Origin: Lytechinus pictus
Lineage: Eukaryota
Reading direction: 5' to 3'
Assembly: GCF_037042905.1 (NCBI RefSeq)
Contig: NC_087245.1
Location: 22,198,001-22,262,000, forward strand
DNA: 64,000 nt
In this document: one piece after another, positions 48,513 to 60,700 of the stretch
Layout of the letters: every line of letters starts with the position of its first letter
How positions within the stretch are numbered: position 1 is the first letter of the stretch
Position numbers and translations under genes: made by a program
The notes under the pieces: generated by a model
The model's input: the letters and a program-made list of their open reading frames with translations, nothing else
Database searches by the model: none
Told to the model about the DNA's origin: nothing

Positions 48513-51070
48513 TAACATTCTACAATCTTGAAAACCTTGTGAAGGACTGACACATACATTCCAAAATTAATTTCCCTTTCCCACTGCCCTGCCAAACAAA
48601 AACCAAATTATATAGATTGCAAGCCCTGCACTGGGGCCTGGGCATTCATTTTTATGCAAAATAGACGGCACAAAGTCCACACATAAATTTCCCAGTCAGA
48701 TCATGAAAGTTTTGTGAATGGCTCGCTAGCGCAAGACCACAAAGTTCACATGAATATTTAGCCTTCATGATTCTTGGAATATTCATGTCAATTGCATTTG
48801 TTGTGTGTTCTTTGTGTATGTTGGCTGTCGTTTAATAAATGGTATGTACATGATATTAACACAAACTTCTTGAGAAATTTGCACAAGTTGCACAAGATCG
48901 GACTTGACTTTTGTCAGAACTACAGAGAAAAACTTCTCTGTACAGTATTTGGACTTGACAATCTGCGTCCTTTGCAAAATATTGTCTCCCAGGAAAAACC
49001 TGCAGCACCGAATCCTGGCCGATAAGAAAAAAACAAAAACTAACTCAAGATTGGAGTGTAAAGTAGTTGCTACATGTACTTTGCAGCCATGGTTCGTAGT
49101 CTTCTGCATCAGACATATTTCTGATGTTTTGCGTAACGAGTATATGGATTTTTCGTAATGAAAAACTGCCAACGGACATTCAGTGATAAAAAGAAAACAA
49201 CCTATGCAAGAGCGGGGGAGGATGCAATATAGGCAATGACTGCGAATAGCCTTCCGCATCAGATGTATTGCTGACGTTCAACATGACAGGATCACTCGTA
49301 AAGACAAAAGCTACAGCCTCCGCCTATATTCTAGGCTGAACTTCGGTCTGAATGTTCTTACTTATTACATCAAACTGCGTGGACAAGACGAAAAGAAGAT
49401 AACTCTTCTCACCAGGGCTCTCATCATGCACTCAGACAAGAGGTCAAAGGTCAGATATCGGGTATGGCATTTGGAGCATCCCAATGGAAACTTGATATGG
49501 ACATGTAGTGACAGTGCATCAAGGTTTCAGCTATAAATATCCATCTTTCCTCTTTTAGAGGTGCCATCTTTGAAAGATGTAATAATTGAAGTACAGCAGA
49601 CATGTTAACATATTTTTTAACATGGCAGATGGCCCTTGTGAGATGATGGTCTAACCATTTTAATACTCTGATTCAATAGGCCTACCATATACTAGGCTTT
49701 TTATACGACACGTGTAGCAGCAATTGAAATGTCAACAAGTTTGTTTGGGGGGGGGTCATACCCCTCAGATTAAAGTTTGTAAAAAAAAAAACATGAAAAC
49801 TTGTCCTACATGTACATATTTTCTAAATTTATTAAACCATAATTGTTCAAAAATACATTAATTTCTAATGTGAAGTAAACTGAAAACTGGAAATTTACAA
49901 ACATCTAGGGCTACAACTTTCCCCAAAAAATAGTAATAGAACAAATATGTTGCCAACTTGAAACCTAATATTTAAAAATTCAACAAATCTCTTTGGTATT
50001 GAGGTTACTTTCTTTGCAGATATATGAAATGTCTGGTATATGCATTGTAATCAGGTGTAAATTGTCTCATGATTTTGATGGATGGTTGGAAAACATGATA
50101 GCACATATTGACAAGAGTTTGAGACTCAAAATGAGAGGAGCCATTGATCATATGGCCAATCATCATCAAGAGTGAAATACGAGAAACATCTGGAGCTAGG
50201 TCATTAGCAGCAACAGATTTCATTTCAATTTTTAAAGGGATTAGAGGAAGTAAAGTAAGACAGGTGAAACTCATTATTATGATATTGATATGGTTAGTTG
50301 CCATGGATACTGGAGAACATAGATCAGGCAGGATGATTGATTTCCAATAGCGATTCCAGAATTCCCTATTTCATGAGAATAATACCATACATTGTTGATC
50401 CACAGTGATTTATCAATTTTTGACAAAATATAATTGCCTTTAACAGACTAGAATAATAACAAGTGAAATGCCTCTGGCAGACCTGCCTGCATTTGGTGCA
50501 GTACTGACTTTGAAAACAACTATAAAGATGAATAATTATTCATAAAAAACACCATATTTTTGAAATACCAATGACGTCCTTGTAGCCGCCATTGAAAATA
50601 AACAGTGCAAGTGAAGCACAAGAAAAGCAGGGGCAGAACTTAACTCAAGATTACTGTGAGGTATTTTTTCAATCATGATAAATAAATAACAAACCATGAA
50701 AAATATACCAATCCTATGATAAATAAAATACAAACTAATGCTACTTCATGTCCAACTGTAACATGGACACATCAGTAATTCTGGTTGTGCTCTTTAAAAA
50801 AATAAAGAAGAAATCTCTTCATTCAATAACAAATATTATATTAGCCTTTCCAATATTGCCCAGCCAGGTGTCAATATCCCTTGTGAGGCCAAAAGCAGCA
50901 GTTGGCCAATTTCATAGACTGAAATTCACCTGGAATTACAAGTGACAAATACTATACTCAATTCTTTGTTGTCAATATTGTTGTCAAAACAGTTGCACTA
51001 CATGTAATAAAATAGACTGAAATTCGCCTGGAATCATAAGTGAAAATGGACATAATTTGATGATAGCTTA

Positions 51071-51470
51071 TACCCCTTTCATAAACCCAATAAAACCCAA
51101 TTATGCGGCTAATAGCAGCATAATTTGGTCGTAAAATCAGAGGAGGACAAGAGTTATCCCCATTATTCTGATGCTGCTATTATCCGCATAATAGCGGCAT
51201 AGGGACAAGATTTTGAGTTTATGAACGTATTTCCAAATAATGCGGATAATTGCCATGGTGCGGTCACAAGGTCACCCTTTTCCAACACAACCGCATCGGA
51301 GGGGGCGTGTCCAGTTGTCATGACGATTATCCGTCTTTTTCAGGACGGGCGCTCGTAAAAATAATGCGGATAATTTTTGGAGTTTGTGAACGCAATTTTT
51401 ATTGAATTATCCGCATTACTCTTAGGCGGCTAATTGGAGGATAGGTTTTATTGGGTTTATGAAAGGGGTA
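51071..51470 (+). mobile_element. 400-bp MITE, copy 2
   Basis: Same TIR and interior as 48113-48512, with different flanks. Confidence 0.9.
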
Positions 51471-51925
51471 TAAGCTTGTCAATAATGTATGGTCTTTGAC
51501 CTCGACTGAAAAAGAAACACACCAACATCCATGTACAGTACATTGTAGATCTCCAAAGCACACAAGCACTTCTCTTCTGCAACAGTAGCAAGGGGGTGTG
51601 GCATATTCATTAAGTTTAATGTTCCTTTCCCCTGTGACAGAGAAGGAAGCATCAACAGGATACTACAGAAGAAGCTTTTTTCCTCTTTGATGACATCATC
51701 AATTTCCCTGGGAGAGGGGCTCGGCTGGGGGCGAGCTCTAATTCTCGATGACCTATGGATATGGAGCTACACACTTTTACACTGTTCTTGAGTGCAGTGC
51801 TTGAAAGCCTTGAATCTTGGGATGACCCCAACAAAAAGTTGATTTGAATAAAAAGAGAAATATCCAACAAGCAAATGCTGAAAATTTCATCAAAATCGGA
51901 TGTCAAATAAGAAAGATATAATGAC

Positions 51926-52347
51926 CAGGGTGCTACATAAGCACTTGCCCGATTGCTCGGGGCAAGTGAAAGTTATATTAGAGTCAGGCAAGTGTTTTGA
52001 AGTAAAGACCAAAACTACTTGCCCGAATTGGGCAAGCAAAATTCTCACAGCAGAATTACCAAAATTACAGTCAATATGATATATTGACCCTAATTTTGAT
52101 CATGGCGGGCAAGATAAAACTGAATTTGGAAACAGAAATGCAATAGCAGAGTAGATCAGTCCATGTCAAAAGAGAGAAAAAGGTCAATGGTTTATAAAAC
52201 CGCAAAACTTTCTTTTGAAGAGGTAAAACTTTTTTCAATGACTTTTTCGGGCAAGTGAAATAGATTTTTGGGCAAGTATATTCCAACTGTTTAAAAATTT
52301 ACTTGCCTGACTGGGCAAGTGCTTCTAAAAGGTTATGTAGCACCCTG
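51926..52347. mobile_element. MITE with 7-bp TSD nested in a Kolobok-like element
   Basis: TIR CAGGGTGCTACATAA/TTATGTAGCACCCTG, TSD TAATGAC on both sides, repeated CTTGCCC/GGGCAAG motifs. Confidence 0.87.
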
Positions 52348-55300
52348 TAATGACATTTTAAAGTTTGCTTAATTTCGCAAAACAGTTTAACACATCCTGG
52401 TCAGTATGCAAATGAGGAGACTGATGACGTCATCCACTCACTATTTCATCAAAATTTCATCAAAATCGGATGTCAAATAAGAAAGATATGATGACATATG
52501 AAAGTTTGCTTAATTTCACAAAACAGTCACACATCCTGGTCAGTATGCAAATGAAAAGACTGATGACGTCATCCACTCACCATTTCTTTTGTATTTTATT
52601 AATATGAAATATTCTAACTTTCGCATCACTGTCCAGAGAAACAAAGATTAAATCCTCCCTGAATATGTGGAATAAGCATTGTTTTATATGGTTCAGTCAA
52701 GTTGGTCCTAGTGTCAAATCTGTAAAAATGAAATATTGTATAAATCAAACAATGAAAAATAACAGAAATAGTGAGTGGGGGACATCATTGACTCTCTCAT
52801 TTGCACATCACTGAGTTGTGCTTTGTAAAAAATAAGCGAAACTTTAAAATGTCATAACTTTCTTATTTTATTCATCCGAATTTGATGAAATTTTCAGCGT
52901 TATGCACTTTGATTTTTCACTATTTTAGGCCTACATGTACATGTAGACCCAGAAAATGTAATAAAAAAGTGTTACTTTTACAATACAAAGCATCCTAAAC
53001 ATAGTTGGCCAAGTTGGCCCAATGCAGGGAATATTTTTTTTCTGCCGGGGGGGGGGGGGTAACTTTATAAATAACATATTTCTTTCCATTTTTAACTGAA
53101 CACATGAAAAATATGAAGAAGCCAAGTTGAACATTAAATTATGAAGACTACATGTACATGTATGTATTACATCCCCCCCCCCCTTCCCCGTTTTTCCCCT
53201 TGGTACAGTAATAGATACACATGACAAACCATGATCCATGATCGAAACAACCATTCAACTCGACAGACACTAGTGCCAAAACTATTGATACATTAATTTT
53301 TATAGTACAATTATGCATGTGAAAGTTCACTGGGGATAAAAGGCTTGATGTCAGTTTGATCTACCACTTTAAGATGAGAGATGTTTTACTCAGGCTGAAG
53401 GTTACAGAGAGATAATAGATATCTGGCTGTCTTCCGAGTGTCTCATCATCTCTTAAAGGGCATTCTCCCCTTCCCTTCTGTCGGACAAATAATTGGACTC
53501 ACCGTATGATAACCTGTCCTACAAATACAGGACACGTACTGACCATTTAATGGGGAGTTTCATGAAAAAGTTTGTATTTTTGTTCCTTCATCTTTTCCTT
53601 TTAGTATACATAATATATTAAGTTGCATTATATCTTCGTCATCATTTCAAGTTTGATGTTTTTAAATCTGTACACTCTATGTATATATACCTGTAAATTG
53701 CACGCAATTCAGCCTTTTGGCTGCAAAGTGCAATAATCTTAATAAAACCTTTTCCATTTCAATTTCAATTTCAAAAGGACTTGCTGGATATTTTATCCAA
53801 CTGTTCCTATAAGAACTGTGTCTTCTCAGCCAATAAAAAAATTCAAGCTCAGATTTCCCTAATCAAAGCAACTACTACCACAGCAAAGTGCTTTTAAAAA
53901 CCTTTGTTTTGTTGAACTACATTTGATCACAAGCCATTCAGTTTTGACTGCAGAAGAAAATTCATAGGATAGTCTGATTTATATTTTCTACTTGCCTGTT
54001 TTGAAAATAAAAATACATAAATATCAGATCTCCTGATCATCTACCTATGTGTGTTAGTTTTCAAAGTTTAGAGAATTATAAATTTATGTTACTTGGTACC
54101 CAATCAGAAACTAGCTGTTTCACTTTTCAATTTCTGAGTCCTGAGGAAGACATATATGCTAAAGACCAGCTAAACCGAACTGACAAACTGTTTTGGATAG
54201 AATGAAACAGGAATAGGACTTTAATCTTTGCATTTCCTGGAGAGGTTGACAGAACAAGGTCCAAGTCTCTGCAAGTATGTTGTGTACAGTAAATTTTCCA
54301 TAAAAGGGAAAAATCACTAGGAATTTAATTATACGATCCTACATGTATAACACCCCGCTGACACTGTAATATATACTTGAAGTGTAGTTCCTCTTCTGTA
54401 TCCAACAACCCGTCTACAGCCAGATGGTGAGAGATAGTGACAGGTTTACAGGGCTTGACAATAGGGAGTTTTCACTCTGGGATGCACAACAGATTCAAGA
54501 ACACAGTAAACATTTTGAAAATGCCCATCAAATGACAATGAACAGCAGGGAGGTCTTTGGCAAAAATTGATGAACCAGAACAGCAGTTTCATCCTGGGAT
54601 TCACAGCTGACGAAAAACTGCAAATATGTCATTTGTCCATAGTCGAGGATGAAGCTGCAGTTTTGATTCACCAATTTTCCACATAGACTTCTTAGTTGTT
54701 CATTGTCATGAAGGGTATTTGACAATACATTTTCTTTGTTCTTGATTCCACTGCGTGTCTTGTAGTGAAAACTCCCTCATGACTTTCATGATAAAACATT
54801 TTTTATCTCAAGCACTACTCACAGCAGGAAAAGAAGGACCAAAATGCGAGATTCCATTTTTAGGAGCCCCATTCACACAGAAAAAAAAGTGAGCTCTTCA
54901 TTCAAATCTTCAAATTAGACCTACATATTAGGGAGGCCAATCATCACTGTAAAAAGGACAGGAAGCTTGAGTTTTCAAAAATCAAACAATTAAAACAAAT
55001 TATGTAATATTTTCAACTGCTTTTTGGAAGACTAAACCTGATTTGAACTACACTGTAGTTTGGTATGGGCTACCTTGTAAAAATCCCTTCAAGAGGTGTT
55101 TAAAAAAAAGTATACTTCACACAATAAATTGTATATCAAACTTACACTTTTATGTAGTATTTTATCAAACCACAAACTGTGAAATGTATCTAGGGCCTAT
55201 TTTTTTGCACTCAAGTATTGTACGTGTTCTAATCGAATTGCCCAGTGACAATACCTAGGCCTATCCACTCCATTCTACACAAATGAGGACTTTGGAGAAG

Positions 55301-56914
55301 ATAAGGACATCATCTCACTGGACTCTGCGGGGAAGACCGGGATCTCGTGCAGTAATCAGTCTCTGGCGGCCCATGACTGAAGGGTCGCCCCTTGCCAACG
55401 ATTGCCGTCCCATAGAGCTCAATCTAGTCACTGGATGATGACCTCGGGGTTGGCAAAGGGTTCACATTCCATTGGGTACAGGGGGGAGTAGGGATGCATA
55501 GACACGGGATCTGTCTAGGCCGTATTGCCATTCCATGCACATGTGAAAGCGCATGCAGGGTATGTGTTGTATGACATAATTATGTGTGACAGCTTCATGA
55601 TGAGAATTCGGAAAGCTCTTGTACGATTAGGACTTTAGGAGAGCACAATGTGAAGAAATGTAAGCCTACATTGTACATGTATATCTTATCTACAGTATAT
55701 CAAAGTTCTCAAAAATATTCAAGAGCTCTTTATTACATTGGCCCGTATTCTGAAGTCGGTTTAACTTAAACTCAGGTTTAAAGTTATGGTTTAAGTATGG
55801 ATAGCCAATTGTTACATAAATCACAAACAGTAGAGATATCATATTTCAGCTCATTTGGCTCTCAAATCATTCATAATTGTCTAGGAAGTATAAATTGATG
55901 ATTGTCTTCACAATCGATGAATCAGGAAAGAGCACAGTATACATAAGAAACATACAACTTAATTTAAAAATTTGACACTTTTGGCTTCCCATTATTTTAG
56001 CACAGAGTTAGACCATGGTCTAAGTTAAACCAGACTTCAGAATACGGGCATTTGTATACTGTGCAAACTCACACATTTACAAATATTTGCATCACAAATT
56101 CCTAAGCAATTTCTTAAGAGTGAGATAAAATTGAATATTTAAATTACAAATAACATTTCATAGTGTTATGTCTACATGTGTACATATACTTAAACAAAAT
56201 AAATATTTGCATTTAGGTGTGGTTTTCTACAACCTGTAGTCATAGTCATACATAGTTGAATACAACCCTCCCAATCAAGGGAGCACTATGCAGCATTATC
56301 AGGATGATTATCTCATGTTTGAAGTCATTTCTGCACACACTTTAAAATCTGCCAGTGCCAAAATATACAGCTACAAGATTTCTCACTTTTTACAATTCAG
56401 AATTGTTTGATACCTGGTCCATTCTTGAATTTCAAGGTTATCAAAATATTGCAACAGATATTCCACATTCTGAGCAAACATATTTGAGTGCTTGCATGAC
56501 GGCACATATTTGAGTGCTTGCATGATGGCACGTATTCTCAAGAGAAATGGATGCATGAGCAACAACAATAATAATTTAACAAAGGAGGGAAGTACTTTAG
56601 TGTGGTAAGCTCTACAAATCAGAACAAATTATCAGTTGTGAAAAAAAAACATATTCAAAAGAAAATAAAAGTCAAGGCTTTAATAGTGTGGGGGAATCGT
56701 GCATATTTAACTTTTAAGACCACAAACCTTCTGCATTATATACATTATGGCTGTCCAGAATTAAATTTATTTGAATGCAAATAACAGAAACCTGAATAAT
56801 AACTTAATAAAATGAAAGCCACACTGTGATTTCAATCAAAGCAACTGTAGAAATTCATGATAAAACTTTGTTGTCATCTAAAAAAAAAAGAAGTATTATA
56901 AACACTTTAAGTCT

Positions 56915-57744
56915 GGGGCGGTATTCTGAGGTCATTTTATCTTTAAAATATTTTATTTTATCTCTTAAAATGAAATTGGTATTCTGAGATGACATTTTAT
57001 CTCTCATATAAAATTTAAAATTTCATCTTGCGTATAAATTTTATCTTGCGTATTTATGATGATACGCAACAGAGCAGTGGCTGCGTAGACATACCCATCG
57101 CGTTTATGGCCATTGCAACGCGGGTGATGTGCTTGCGCCCAAGTTACTTTGAAGAAAAAATAAAATAAACTTAAAAGAGGGTAGGGGCTATTTTATCTCC
57201 GCGACGTTCATTTCGTCAATATTTCTAGGTGAATTAACTCCAAATGTTGGCATGAAAATTAAGAAAAATGATATATTAGTTGAGAACAACACCTTAAAGT
57301 TATTCCTGTACAATCAGGAAGCATTTCATAAGACTTTTCTTGACTAATATTGTCTTTGAAATGATGCTTGAAAAGATGCGATATAGACTTCGAAAAAAAG
57401 ATGAGAGTATTGCCATTTTTGTTAAAAAGAAATCTCTGTAAAGACGCACAAGCGTATAGTGCAAGCGTATTGAAGTCAATAAATTGACCCAATCTCACTC
57501 CTTCGCCACACCTCCTAGCGGAATGGATTTCCATTGGTTGAGTGATTTGAGAGAGCTATAAAAGCGCGTTTCTAATTGGATATTGATTAAGAAATAGGTG
57601 TGACTTACAGAGATAAAATGAAGATAAAATTGTTCTCAGAATACCAATTCGGAGAGATTTTAAGGGTATTTTATCTCACTGATTTTAACGGAGATAAAAT
57701 ATTTTATTTTATCTGAGATAAAATGGATCTCAGAATACCACCCC
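56915..57744. mobile_element. Harbinger-like MITE
   Basis: TIR GGGGCGGTATTCTGAG/CTCAGAATACCACCCC, with subterminal TTTTATCT/AGATAAAA repeats. Confidence 0.75.
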
Positions 57745-59399
57745 AGAGTTGTAAATGCTTTGTAAAGCCTCCATCAAATTTTCACTATTAAAAGTAATAT
57801 TTTTGTCTATAGTCTCAAAAGAGTCACACTGCCTTAAATTCTGGAGGTACACTATGAAGTCCAATTCACGATCAATAGGAGGATGAAGAGCGTTCACTGG
57901 GGTGCAAATCCCTGATTCCTCTATTTAATAAATTGAATTTGTTGACTGATGTTTTTGGATCATTGAATAAAACGTAGGCAGGGAAGGACATGACTGTCCC
58001 ACAATCTAAACTGAATTTCCTGTTTGACAGTATGAAGCAAGGTTACCCGACAACACCTCCGTAAACACCACTTAAAGGTCTAATTTGGGCAAATTTACGG
58101 CATTACCGTATTTATGCCTACCATGTACATGTATATGTACATGTATGTCCATGGATGAGTTCTTTTCCCTGCACTTTTCTACCACATGTTGTCGGCAATG
58201 GAGGTGTCAACCACAATGGTAGAATATCCAGGAATATGTAACCAAGAGTGCATGTAGTTTAATTGACAACAACAAAGTGAAACAGACAAAAATAATCAAC
58301 ACTGTCCTCAAAAAGCAAGTTCATCAGTGAAGCGTGAAAACGATTCAATGAAACAGGACACACTGCCATATGATTTAATTCACACATGCAACAACAAATA
58401 ACTGGGATAAAAGTACATCAATAGAGTGACTAAAGATGATTTAATTCTGGGATTTTTAATGAGGTTCTACATGTACATGTATGATATCAGATAGAGCGTC
58501 CCTTGCTCATTTTGCTCAAATTGGCCTCCATTAGGCCTACTGTCCATGCACACAAATGAAATTCAACTCACTACCATTAAGAGACATAGTTTATAAAAAC
58601 CAAGGATATTTTACACCATATACTGTACATAGCCTACTTGTTGATCTACATGTACCATCTAGGCCTAAATGTACAAGTACAGTATAGAAAATGAAAAGTT
58701 AAATAACTTTCTAAAAGGAAAAAAAAAATGTTCTATACCAAAACTAAAATGCAGGCAATAAAAAAGGATAGTAAAAGAAGACATATTTCTTGCGATGGCC
58801 ATATAACATGGACAAATCATGGTTTTGTTTGTCAAAATATTGACAAAATACCAGCAAATTTTGTCACCTTTTGTCAGTTTTGTGTCTGTTCAGAGAAAAT
58901 CCAAACTTCTCTGAAAGCATCAAGAATTCACCATTTTGCAAGCAGATGTTTTCGAACGAGCAAAATGTGATTCCAACCTATTTTATGGCATGCTAATCTT
59001 TTTGCTTCTTTTCCAAAACTTCGCAAAACTATCGTATATACATGTACAGTATATGAAAAAAAAATCACTTTTTTGTGAATTGTTTAGCCTAGTATGCACT
59101 TGTCATTTGGCAAGGACTTTTTACATTGTAGACTGTGATACCACATTACCAGCGTAACTATCTGACCTACATTAACTGTGTCAAGCAATTTTCACTCGAT
59201 AATCCTGCCATCATTAATTGGTATTCATGATTTTAGTTGACTTGGGGTGAACTGAGTGTGAGTAATCTTTGAGTGAATATCCCCTTCATGATAATTTATA
59301 TGTGCACAAATTATGGTCACTAGTAAATATTAATGGAGGTGGAAATAGGCAACCAATACAATGACAATGCATGTGAGTTTAAAGTCTAAATTGATTTAA

Positions 59400-60015
59400 A
59401 GGTCAAGTCCACCCCAGATAAGTGTTGATTTGAATAAATAGAGAAAAATCAAACTAGCATAACGCTGAAAATTTCATCAAAATCAGATGTAAAATAAGAA
59501 AGTTATGGCATTTTAAAGTTTTGCTTATTTTTCACAAAACAGTGATATGCACAACTCAGTGTCATGCTAGTTTAATAGTCAGTCGATGATGTCCATCACT
59601 CACTATTTCTTTTGTTTTTTATTGTTTGAATTATACAATATTTCATTTTTTACAGATTTGACAATAAGGACCAAGTTGACTGAATCATATAGTATTTATA
59701 CACACTGAGCTGATTTCACATGTTCAGCGATGAATTAATCGCTCTTTCACTTGACAATGAGAAAATTAGAATATTTCATATAATAAAATACAAAAGAAAT
59801 AGTGAGTGGATGACATCATCAGTCTCCTCATTTGCATACCGACCAGGATGTGCATATAACTGTTTTGTGAAATTAAGCGAAACTTTAAAATGTCATAACT
59901 TTCTTATTTTACATCCGATTTTGACGAAATTTTCAGCATTGTGCTTGTTTGATTTTTCTTGTTTGATTTTTCTTGTTTTATTTATTTCAAGTTTTTGTTG
60001 GGGTGGACTTGTCCT
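59400..60015. mobile_element. Kolobok-like palindromic MITE; related copies at 33083-33486, ~51825-52920 (interrupted) and ~29585-29962 (diverged)
   Basis: TTAA|AGGTCAAGTCCACCCC...GGGGTGGACTTGTCCT|TTAA, with long internal inverted arms (GCTGAAAATTTCATCAAAATC...). Confidence 0.8.
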
Positions 60016-60568
60016 TTAAAGACCCAAATTCACAATAATACTACCATGTTTTATAATTTTGTAGCTCTGACTCTGAGGCTGAGCGACTTTTCAGAATCTA
60101 GCAACATACATGTAGCACAAATTAGCAGCAGCACTCATCAAATACAAAGTGAACGGTGGTTCCCTATTTAACAATGGTAGGTAAACCTGGGCTTTAACTT
60201 AGGGGAAACACCGCAAAAGTATGTTAAATTGCTTGGGAGTTGGAGAGGTGACACGCCACTTTCGACTAGCATCTGTGCCATACTTGGCACTGCCAGCGCC
60301 ACGACACACGGGGAGACAGACGCGTACGGCCAAGGTCCATGCATTCATCACACTCCCACTGCTCGCCTCAGCTCCAAAGACATACCGTACCGTACCCCCA
60401 CACGCCCAGCGCCCCTCACTCGCTCATCACAACGTTTGAATTCCATCTTATTTCAGACACGAAACTAACAGCACACATCCAAGAAAATATTACAAACAAA
60501 TTCTACGTAATTATTATATTAACAACATGAACGGATAATGGATATTTTTCAACAAATAGAAGGCTTAC

Positions 60569-60700
60569 CGGTGAAAATTTGGATGAAATTTTGTTAGTCC
60601 GAGTCGCTCCTTCCAACATCCAGGCCCGACTGCGATAATCGCGCGCCGCTTACGTCACAAATTCTTTACTTTCTCTATCGGGGAATTCCCTGGCGCCTCA
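60569..60700 (-). promoter_or_regulatory. Candidate distal promoter and non-coding first exon
   Basis: Donor CCG/GTAAGC (GT at 60568-60567), CpG-rich ~60230-60700, CRE/ATF-like TTACGTCA 60650-60657, palindromic kB-like GGGAATTCCC 60681-60690. Confidence 0.6.
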
